A DNA stretch of 20,000 bases from Folioceros fuciformis (lineage: Eukaryota): NCBI GenBank assembly GCA_049999805.1, contig JBNGIO010006298.1:83673-103672 (forward strand). Reading direction: 5' to 3'. Numbering within the stretch: the stretch's first letter is position 1; every line of letters begins with the position of its first letter. The translations under genes were made by a program, and so were the position numbers. The notes beneath the pieces were generated by a model, which searched no databases, was not told the origin of the DNA, and was given only the letters and a program-made list of their open reading frames with translations. Below are positions 1 through 9,045 of the stretch, one piece after another.

Positions 1-129
1 TAAGTCAACTTAGTCCTCAACGATGGAGGGCATGTTACAACAACTTTGTTTCGTTGCAACTTCAGCACCAACTCTCTCAAGTCTAGTATCCTACAATCTT
101 CAAGCATGTTCCTTAATTATTGTGGGGAA

Positions 130-560
130 TTGCTTGTGCATGAAGATAACATTGGGCTATTTGGAATTTAAGGAGGAATATGAACTGGTAACTAATCCTT
201 ATTTTGAGTTTCAACGTTATGGGTGGTAAGGCATCTATCACCAAACTAGAAGAATTTGTGAACAATTTGATTGATGATGACCCTGTGTATGTGCACATTT
301 TGAAGGATGGTTCATTTCAAATTAAGTTGAAGTCTATTGAGTAGGTAGATACTTTGGTGAGCTCGAATGGGTTGTTCAAGGATCATGTCCTTTAATCATT
401 GAAAAGTGGGAAGCCCAAACTCAGCTAGATCGAGATGAACTTCGAGTGATGGTTTGTGTGGGTTTGACTACCTTGCCTCCACCCTCAATAGGGCAAAGGA
501 GATGGTCGTGCAATTGGCTCGAGTTATTGTGACTCCAAATTCAACGTTGGCCTTGTACAT
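130..560 (+). mobile_element. Degenerate L1-clade LINE ORF1 (DUF4283-like) remnant
   Basis: Translation broken by stops and frameshifts gives VYVHILKDGSFQIKLKS, GSCPLIIEKW, VMVCVGLTTLPPP and VVQLARVI. This resembles the plant L1 ORF1 pattern '..i.kW....vWV.l..LP.....ia..iG'. Boundaries approximate. Confidence 0.4.
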
Positions 561-1015
561 GTCTCGCCCACTATGATGGGGCGTCAAAATCAAGTCATGT
601 AGTAGGCCTTTTCAGGATAGGGAAAACTGGGCTAGCATGAGGCCCTCATGGCACAACAATTACAAAGGGACTCTCGGCATCAATGGTAGTTGAAGAAATG
701 GTCTTTAGCACTAGCCCTACACCATTCCCTCATGAACGCAATTCCATGTACAATGTATCAGCCAAATGTTCTATTTGGTCTGCAGCCCAGCAAGCCAGAT
801 TGATTGCTAAGAAGATCATGGTGGCCTCCTCTTTGGAGTGTTACATTGTTTGGACTATGGTGAAACTAAATGAGAGTTGCGTATGGTTTGCTCAGTCCTT
901 CTAGGAAAGTCATTTTATTTGTTGTCTAGGAAGTATTAGCTTTTGCTGGTTTAGGTTTAGTGGCTCGTAGGCCTTAGAAATTCAAGTTAACACAGTGGAA
1001 GGAGCCAAGTATCAT

Positions 1016-1055
1016 CTATGGAGATGGAGGGGCTTCTATGGAGATGGAGGGGCTT
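1016..1055. repeat. Perfect 20-bp tandem duplication (CTATGGAGATGGAGGGGCTT x2)
   Basis: Read directly: 1016-1035 is identical to 1036-1055. Confidence 0.95.
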
Positions 1056-2064
1056 ACTGATTGCTATTTGCCTCTAGCTTCGAGAGAGATCAAACTAGTC
1101 CTGCTTCAATGTCTCTTGTGACTTAGCATGGAGAACAGTTGGTAGCCCACCACAACCAAGAGCCAAATCTGCTCCCGTTGTAAGTGAATAAATTGTACAT
1201 ATTGGGGAATTATTGAATCACCAAGGCTAGGATAGAGACAAGATTAGTGCATTAGGCCTAGGGGTTTAGGCTAGTTGGCTAGGTTGCCCTAGCATATAGT
1301 GGAGAAGCCTAGTATTATGATACAAGTAGTGAATGAACTCGAGATCTCACACTAGAAAAAAAATCCAAACACTATCTTCTAACTAAAAGGTCAATAAATC
1401 ACATGTTCCAATTTCGGCAGGTCAGCCGATGTCTTTTAAGACTTCCTATTTTGAGACCCCTCCTTTTCTGGTTGTCCTCAACAAGATGGGCTTTTAGCTC
1501 TGCTTTTCTTCAAATATTACTATGACAACGATATATTATTTTCATTAAGAATTCGTGAACACATCCATGCCGTAAATCTCGAAGCTTTCACAACCTTAAC
1601 TTTCTCGTTGTCTCGAAGAGAAAAGGCTAGCCAGAACTATTCACATCTCCCTGCTTCATTTGCCAAATTTGGCACAAGCATCGTCGCACGTATTATAGAC
1701 AGAGGAAGATAGGCAAAGGCCAACCGAATCGCAGGCTTCGGCGCCATCCGAAACTGTTAGGGTAGCATGGTGCTTCCTTAGAGGAGGCTCCTCACACAGA
1801 CCACCGTTGACTGCACAACTTCGATCCTGCAGAGGACGACGAAATGGTCCCGTTGCTCACAGCATTACTTCTTGGATCAATTTTGGATTCCGATTGATGA
1901 TTTGTTTGATCACACCTGAGACAACGAGGACATCAGTAGCAAGATGCGACCGTTAAGAGGCAATGCAGTAGACTGTCCGCCAACCACTTGCCAGCAAAAA
2001 AACACCTGTTGCTGATGAGATCATCCTCCGAGGGAAATGTGAACTTGTCGTTGCTTAACTCCTA

Positions 2065-4400
2065 TCAGAGACGGATGGTGTCGCTCTCACTTAAGGGACG
2101 AAAAGGCTTGCCCTTTTTCTTTCCTGGTGTCTGACCTGATGATCCAGTCTTCAATTTCTTCGAAGGTGGCTCGTTGTCCTCATTTACGGCGCCAACCTGT
2201 GGATGCACGCTTGTTGTTTAAGTTCTCCAGGAACGATAATTGCGACATGTGGCAGCGACAGTCACCTTCTCAAACACAAAAACAGTGTAGAGATACGCTG
2301 CATCCCACTCATCATCTGTTATGGAGCTCCCATTGTCTGCAAAAAGTCCCAGAGTTGTCTTACATGATGAAGAGAGGAACTGCTCAGGACCAAACAAAAT
2401 CTTATCAGAATTCAGAACGGAGAAGCAGGGGCACAAAAACATACTCCCATCACCAAGTGCAAACTTTCTCATCAGGTCTGAAAACTCGGGCATTTGACTG
2501 TATTCATCTGTAAAATCATGAAAATTCTTGCGCATCTTCAGCTTCAGACCGTGCTGTTTGAAGAAAGTGGGACCAAGTTGATTAAAAAAGAGAAACATCA
2601 GAGAGAGCAAAACAAAAACAGAATGCAGACAAGAGACTAGTAAGGCGGTGCCTATAAATGGCCCACACCAATAGGAGCTAAAGCTTCTGGCCCACCTGTT
2701 CAGCTAGAGCCTGGAGTGTGGGGAAGTGAACAAGCCACTCAGGGCAGTCAACAGCGTCCTGAAAATTTAAATAAAACTTGTTAGCTTCAAAGGGCATCTG
2801 ATGCTCTGTGTTGTCCGCTGTCGAAATTCTGGCCGCTGGAAAATTAGCCGAAGTCCCCCAAACATACAACAATACTTACTTCTAGGTAGAATTCATACTG
2901 CAGGCCAAAAGGTTCAGATGCTTTGAAGCGCTACAAGCATCCAACAGATCTCATCATTAGTGCTCAGCCTGATGACCAGGTTGCCAGTTCCAGCAACCTA
3001 AAACATCTAGATGACAACTGAGATAGTAGCTGCTATAAAGGTGTCCTTTTTTGAAACAAGTGATCACCTCATAGCAACAGAATGATGCTCACCTTCTCTG
3101 AAAATCGCTCGTCAAACTTTACCCTGTAGACACTGTTCCCAAATTCGAGGCCTTCAGCTGCAATGTGCACACAACTGATTCACGTGGGAACGGTGAAATC
3201 ATAAGAGCATCCAGCACAGAACAGACAACCGCTGGAGCTGTAAGAGCATAAAAATGGACATACCATCACGCAACTTCTTCACAAGGACGTTGGAATCAGG
3301 CATTGTACCGATAAGACAACCACCAGGTTGGAGCAGATTGGAGACATTGGATAAAGCTCGTAGGGCACGCGCTTCAGTCGACCAAGAGTAATGCAACGCA
3401 AACTGTACTCAAGGGAAACAGTGGATTGAGATGGAGAGGACCTGTGGAGAAGGCGACACCTACCACCAATGACAAGGAAGCTTGGCGGTACACTGAAATC
3501 CAAATTCAACCTGGCAGCTGCAAAGATCAAATGGGCCGCAATCTTTCAATGCTTTATCCAATTCAACCTGCACCGAAGGCAACCACATTTTACCAATCTG
3601 AACCTCCTCTGTCCATGGGCACTATAAGCTACAAAGACTTCACGAGAAACCAGTCCCCCGAATTCCTCAGGATGCAGCTCCTAGCTCAGACCAATGTATC
3701 CGCACCTCAAAACAATCAGCACAGACAAGGGTTGCTGCAAATGACAAGTCTTTCCTCTTGCCAGACCAATTGTGGTCTGTTTCTCCATTGTACCTAGTCC
3801 TGGCATCCTCTATCTGAACAATATCGAGAATTATGAGGAAACCCCCTTGAACGGATTGCCTGAAGGGACCGGAGAAAGAAAAGATCCTGAGCTTACAGAG
3901 CCTTCGGCAATGTCAACACCAACATAATATCCAATCCCCGCTTTGTCCCACTTCATAAGGTCTCCACCCTGCTCGCAAAAACAGAACGCCACCTTCAAGT
4001 CTGTTATGCCTTTTCAACCCGCATTGTTTTGAAATATCCACAGCCAAAAGGAAAAGAGAGAGAACGACCTTCCCACAAGCGAGGTCGAGAACAGCATGAT
4101 TTTGCCGGGCATATAAGTGAATAAGCACACTTTTCACCTGAACGAAGCCACGCGATCGGTGTAAGCTGGAGAATTTTCATCCTAACTACGTGGGATGTCT
4201 TGGTGACTGCACGTCAGAAATTAGATAAGCCAGAGCAGCAGGGACCATGATTGCCCCCGAGAACGTACCCAGTTGTTGAGCTTCTTCAGATGAATGATGG
4301 GGCTTCTTTCCCTCTCCTCCCTCGTTTGATTGGTCCGGTTGCTATAGTGATCAGCGACCTGACGGGCTAACGTTCGAGGCCCATCGCCTCCGCGCTGCAT
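2065..4400 (-). CDS. RNMT1: mRNA cap guanine-N7 methyltransferase, 12 coding exons, 355 aa
   Basis: Manually spliced with all GT-AG introns and consistent phases. Exons: 4400-4269, 4137-4069, 3968-3897, 3813-3706, 3567-3511, 3402-3264, 3157-3093, 2930-2880, 2758-2696, 2553-2445, 2336-2266, 2196-2065 (TGA at 2067-2065). The protein contains ARQVADHYSNRTNQTREERERSPIIHLKKLNNWVKSVLI, SAM-binding motif I VLDLACGKGGDLMKW, FDLCSCQFALHYSW, EFGNSVY, YEFYLEDAVDCPEWLV and DEWDAAYLY. These are hallmark motifs of Abd1/RNMT cap methyltransferases. An in-frame TGA at ~4449-4451 lies upstream of the ATG at 4400. Confidence 0.97.
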
Positions 4401-4939
4401 ATCTGAAGTCTTAAGAGGAAGTGAATTGGAGCTGGAGAAGTGACGGCTTCAGGGACCGGGAGCGGAAGCATGGAGAAAGATACAAGGGCCCAAAACTTCG
4501 GTCAATGAGCTTAACGCTGTGGCGACCAAGGAGAGAGAGCAGAAGCAGGACATCTGATTCCGTAAGCAGGGGTCTGCAGGGTGTATTTCTGGAGTCTGAT
4601 CGAGAAGCCCGGGACTTGACTCGGATCCGCACAGACAACGAGAGCTTGTGCTGATTCCTCACATGTTAGTTAATAGTACAACCTTCCATATTTGATCTTC
4701 AGTCTGGACGCAATTAGGGTTCCCTTCAGTGCAGCTGCCACTGACGTTTTACATCTACTTCACCACCTTTTCCTCGGTTGTGGAACCTTGGCGGAGGCGT
4801 CACATCTTGAGGTTAGATTCGATCGTGCAGGCTTGAGGTTGAAAAGGTTTCCAGTTGTAAGCTGAACCTGCTGTGAGTCTCCCAATTTCGATGTGTGTCT
4901 GTCTATGTGCAGAATCCGCAGTTGAGAGGACGCGTGGAG
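4401..4939. promoter_or_regulatory. Shared divergent promoter / 5'-UTR interval between RNMT and NDUFA7
   Basis: Only 539 nt separate the two divergent ATGs. It contains a site II-like TGGGCCC (minus, 4486-4492) and a telo-box-like TTAGGGTTC (4714-4722). A probable NDUFA7 5'-UTR intron acceptor lies at 4912 or 4921. Confidence 0.6.
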
Positions 4940-5326
4940 ATGGCGAATTTGGCAAAGACGGTCACATCGAAGGCGCAGGGATTGTTCAAATGGCTGAAGG
5001 CGCCTTGGAGGATCACAGGGCCTGTCGCATCCGAGGAATACAGGAATGCGATATGGGATGCCTCCGAGTATCGACACCATGCTCCTGCAACCCAACCGGA
5101 ACGGGCCTACATTCCCCATGCGCAGCCTAACCATGTGGTGGACATCAAGTACTACGTCAGAGATCGCAAGAGGCAGGTGTTCGAGAAACAGAACGAAGAG
5201 CTGGATGCTCACGCCCTCCCGGAAGCTGTGCAAACTCAAGGGCCCTCTGCGGCCATGTCTAAATATTACGTGATGGGAGAGGATGTTCATTTGAACGATG
5301 CTCCAGGCGGTGGCTATCAGAAGTGA
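4940..5326 (+). CDS. NDUFA7: Mitochondrial complex I accessory subunit B14.5a (NDUFA7 homologue), 128 aa, single coding exon
   Basis: MANLAKTVTSKAQGLFKWLKAPWRITGPVASEEYRNAIWDASEYRHHAPAT...VVDIKYYVRDRKR...EDVHLNDAPGGGYQK. It matches the plant B14.5a signature PW.ITGP....EY.......EYR...PAT...I.Y..RD.RR and the C-terminal GGGY.K. The ATG at 4940 is in GAGATGG context; the ORF-track start at 4895 is GTG. Confidence 0.93.
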   Translation: MANLAKTVTSKAQGLFKWLKAPWRITGPVASEEYRNAIWDASEYRHHAPATQPERAYIPHAQPNHVVDIKYYVRDRKRQVFEKQNEELDAHALPEAVQTQGPSAAMSKYYVMGEDVHLNDAPGGGYQK

Positions 5327-6201
5327 AGTAGACACCGACTTCGTGTTGTAGAGGAGTGTGTGGGCATTCAGTGTTGTCGCACTCAGCTGATGTTGCTGTA
5401 GGTCAGACTACCGAGAGCGTCACTCCATTGCTGTAGTGACGGCACAGCTATTGGACCTGGCCCAGAAGAATCTCCATCTCCTGTGCATCTTTTTTTCCAT
5501 ACTTCGCATCTGCGAGCGTGATGGTCTGGACATAGGACACAACGCAGGAGTTGTGTCACATGTTGTATATCATGAATGAGCGGTCAGTGCGGGTCAAGCG
5601 TACTGGTATGCTTCTCTCGATCGATTGATCAAGGTACATTCACGGTTCTCGTGGCAGATGGATTTCATCGTGTAAGCACTAAAGTGGATAGCTTTCGAGT
5701 TTAGAGAAAGTAGTTCAATCGACTGGAGCGCCGGTGACAGCCTTGGTTCAAGACCGAGGTCACATAATTGCCAGATTTTCTGGAGTGGGGCTGGACATTC
5801 ACAGGAAGGGGCTCCGGCGGAAAGGCTACTTCCAGGGTTGGCCTGTCCCAGTGGGGCAGCGATGCTTGCAGCACCTACGAAGACTGACAGTGGAAGCTTA
5901 ATCGAATTCGACCTGCATCAAGTAGGCCGGAACCTCTCAATGTTTTATTCGATTCATATGTGCAGCTAAACCACTCACTTGAGCCTCATCTGTCCTCCAC
6001 GGGCACTAAAAGCTTCCCAGCCTGTACGAGCAAACGATATCCCACCCTTCCTTTGGGTTGCAGCTTCTATGTTTAAGTATTATATCCTCACGTACAAACA
6101 ATCAGATTGCCTTTCCACAAGACACCACAACTATCTGGACACCTTTATGGAGAGGATTGCCCTTTCACTTGGCCAACTATATGTGTGGTGTGTTCCTCAA
6201 C

Positions 6202-6330
6202 TGTCTGAACAGCTTTATGGAAAGGATACGCAAGAAGATGTCTGAACAGCTTTATGGAAAGGATACACAAGAAAGTATGTGACAATATGAACACCCACAA
6301 AGTATTCATATGAACACCCACAAAGTATTC
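6202..6330. repeat. Two adjacent tandem duplications (37 bp x2 at 6202-~6273; 23 bp x2 at 6285-6330)
   Basis: TGTCTGAACAGCTTTATGGAAAGGATAC(G/A)CAAGAA occurs twice. ATATGAACACCCACAAAGTATTC occurs twice, perfectly. Confidence 0.93.
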
Positions 6331-6472
6331 GAGCCCCAGCCTTGTCCTCTTGGCGAAATATCCACACTGCTCCTTATGAAAAGTTGTCTTTTACACCAGC
6401 CTTGTTTCCAAAGTTGGTTAAGTGATTATCAATTTTTGATGGTAAATAATTGTAACTACATGTATACCACAA

Positions 6473-6610
6473 GCTACACAATTTTCTAAGGAGAAAGGGG
6501 AAAAAGGAGATATTTTCACCTTTATGCTAACCTTGGAAGGCTGGCTACACAATCTTATGAGGAGAATGAGGAAAAAGGAAATATTTCCACCTTTGGATCA
6601 ATCTTGAAAG
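6473..6610. repeat. Diverged ~71-bp tandem duplication
   Basis: GCTACACAAT..GGAGAA..GGAAAAAGGA.ATATTT.CACCTTT...CTTG.AAG recurs at 6473 and 6544. Confidence 0.8.
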
Positions 6611-6989
6611 AAAGTAAGTCTATGAGGTTGAGACAATGGAAGGAAAAGGTGCAGAGCAAAGGGCCCTTTTCCAGGCACGCACCACTACACAGAGGCCTCC
6701 AATGACTAATGTGCTAAGAGTTTAGTAAACACAATCTACATATCAAATCTCACAGGCTTGGTAGAGAAACTAATGTCCGGATGACCAAAGCATACCAAAA
6801 CCATCTTTCTTTCCCAAAGCACAAAAATCTAAGCTTAAGAGCCAAAGAAATATATACGCTGAGGAAAGCATAGAGTAGCAATAAGACAAGACACGCGGAG
6901 GGGTCTGAGTGGCTGTTATTGATTTGGTTCATTAAATAGACATGAGTTCATAAAAAATGAGTATATAAGTAAATAAAATAAAATAAATT

Positions 6990-7532
6990 CACGTGTAGGT
7001 GATGGCAAAAGAAAGGCTTGTTTGTCTGCTGGGTGGAGGCGGCGATGGAAGGAGATATGCGTGGACGAGCGGGCCCCGCGCCGTGCTAGGCTGGGCTGGG
7101 GCTGGGCTGTTGCAGGTGGGCCCTGGAGGGAAAGGGCCACGTCCCGCCGAATTTTGGAGACGGAAAGGGCGTGTGACACGTGGGCCTTGCAAAGGGCTCC
7201 GTTCCCGAGACCGGTGGGACGTGGCTCGCGCAAGCCCCAGTCCCAGCCCCGGCTCCGGCTCCGGCTCCGGCCCGGCCCGGCCGGGCTCACGATCTGTGAC
7301 AACAACTGGTGAAGGCAGGGAATCAGCTGCTGCTGCTGCTGCTGCTGTTGCTATGAGATACGGTGCCATCTTTGCCATGAGGCCATGGCTGGTGTCGCCG
7401 AGCAAAGCAGAGAAAACCCAGAGCCCACACCCCACCGACGCCGTCGCCGACGCCGACCGACTGCCTTTCTCCCCGCGATGGGAGCCTGCTGGCTCACAGC
7501 AGTCCTTGTGAGTGGGATGTTTGGAGACACGT
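6990..7532. promoter_or_regulatory. Cluster of G-box/ABRE and DRE/CRT motifs
   Basis: CACGTG 6990-6995; ACGTGGC (minus) 7136-7142; GACACGTGG 7175-7183; ACGTGGC 7219-7225; ACGTGTC (minus) 7526-7532; RCCGAC at 7434, 7446, 7452 and 7456. The motifs are seen directly; function is inferred. Confidence 0.45.
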
Positions 7533-9045
7533 CGCTCTCTTGCCCAGTCCTCTTCGATGCCAGACATGGATGCCCAGACCGCTTTCTATCTTAAGGGACG
7601 CGCCGTGGGTGTTCCCGAGGCGGACACCCCGTGGCCACCGGCCTCTCGATTGAGGTACTGGGAATCTCAAATCTCACGGCGATGCATACATTGTATACTG
7701 TACATGGGATGGGATATCTGGATCCAGACCGGGCCAGACCAGCCCAGACCAGACCAGACCAGGGCACCTTGATTCTCGACGCGGCAGATAAGGCTTGCAG
7801 GCTGTAAAGCGAGTTACGGAGGCAGTGAAGCTGTCGAGAGAGAAAGAGCACTATCCGGCAGCCACCGAGGACTTGGACCGGGACCCAGGCTCGTCTGCCT
7901 GGGGGGGAGGATGGGGGCGGGGTTGGCGGTGTCTTTCAATCCCTGTTCACAAGATGCCGTCCCCCCCAACGCTTCAATACGTGAGCAGCTGGAGTATTGT
8001 ATGAATGTAGATAGTGTGCAAGCTTGTGCGAGATGGAGTTGGCGTCATCCGCCAGAGAGGCGCGTGAAAGATTCCTTTCTTGAAGGTGTGGGGAAACGTG
8101 AGCTCTGTTGCTCGTCAGGAGTGACAGTATGGAAACTGTGGAAAACGAAGATGAGTGCACACGTAAACGCAGTGTGAAACATCTGGAGCCAGAGCCCACA
8201 AGTGCTCCAGCATGCATGAATGTTGCGTGTGAGGAATCTGGAGGTTGGCAGGGCAGGGAAGAGCAGAGCAGGGCAGGGCAGGCGGCCAGGCCAGGAGAGA
8301 CATAGGAACCTCATCATACACCCAACTACCCCTGCTTGGGAGTGACACAAAGTCAAATTGGCAGGAACAGGCCGAGCGGCTGCACACGTCCGACTCCTGG
8401 GGAAGGGAATCCAGACTGAGATGCCATTGAGTTTGGACGCAGGCGGGCTCGGACGCATTGAGAGCCGTTCAGGAGACTGGGCAGGTGATTCGTGGCCGTT
8501 GCCCGTCGGCAAACATCACTGAACAACAAGCAAGAAACGAAATTGACAAAAGTGCTTTGTTGTGGGGGGGTGCTGTGCCAGACTCCGATGCAGTCATTGG
8601 ACACATCACGTAGTGCAAGGCTGGCTGCGGCTCTGGATCAATGACGAAAGATCCCTTCTTCGGGACCGAGCTGAGCTACACTGCACTGGACTAGACTGGA
8701 CTGGACTGATGAACGGGGATGGGCGGAGGGGAATGGCGGTGGCCGTGCAGGCAAAAGTTAAAACAAGGCAGCACCGGCCACCCAAACAGTGTGCCAGTGA
8801 ACAGCTCGCGCAAACAGCCAGAAGCGAGCCAGACGCCGTCCCGACTCCCGGGCCGGGCCCTCTCCCTTTCCGTCCTCGCATAGGCTAGGTGCGTGGAATT
8901 TCTGTAAACTGCGCCATGTCTTGAACAGAGACGAGAACGCGGCCACGCCATGTCCCACCAGTCCGCTAGGCGGATGGCAACAAAGTGTCAGGGATTCCGT
9001 TCCGTTCTGTCTCCGTCCCTGCGTCTGCCTCTGCGTCTGCGTCTG
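7231..9045. repeat. Dispersed GC-rich short tandem repeats in GC island 1
   Basis: (GGCTCC)n 7251-7270, (GCT)n 7326-7347, (CCAGA)n ~7734-7761, (GGGCA)/(GAGCA)n ~8248-8282, (CTGGA)n ~8686-8707, (TCTGCG)n ~9020-9045. Confidence 0.85.

Noticed and set aside
2970..3016. Hammerhead-like CTGATGA followed by hairpin AGGTTGC/GCAACCT, antisense to RNMT intron 7
   Set aside because: The stem is followed by AAAAC rather than GAAAC, two extra C residues precede it, and there is no suitable NUH cleavage triplet. The catalytic core is incomplete.
4715..4734. miR319-like target site TAGGGTTCCCTTCAGTGCAG upstream of NDUFA7
   Set aside because: G:G mismatch at miRNA position 4, three G:U pairs and two terminal mismatches, which is beyond usual plant target thresholds. 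It may also lie outside the transcript.
4760..5335. 191-aa antisense ORF and alternative-frame ORFs over NDUFA7
   Set aside because: Shadow ORFs of a real CDS with no recognisable motifs.
8253..8273. miR408-5p-like GCAGGGAAGAGCAGAGCA
   Set aside because: Part of a (GGGCA/GAGCA)n microsatellite; no complementary 3p arm nearby.
8728..8842. Minus-strand imperfect hairpin with arms resembling miR166* (GGGACGGCGTCTGGCTCG) and miR166 (CGGCCACCGCCATTCCCC)
   Set aside because: Mature miR166 is nearly invariant in land plants, and this differs at many positions including the 5' half. The duplex has several asymmetric loops and is plausible by chance in GC-rich DNA. Small-RNA reads would be needed to revive it.
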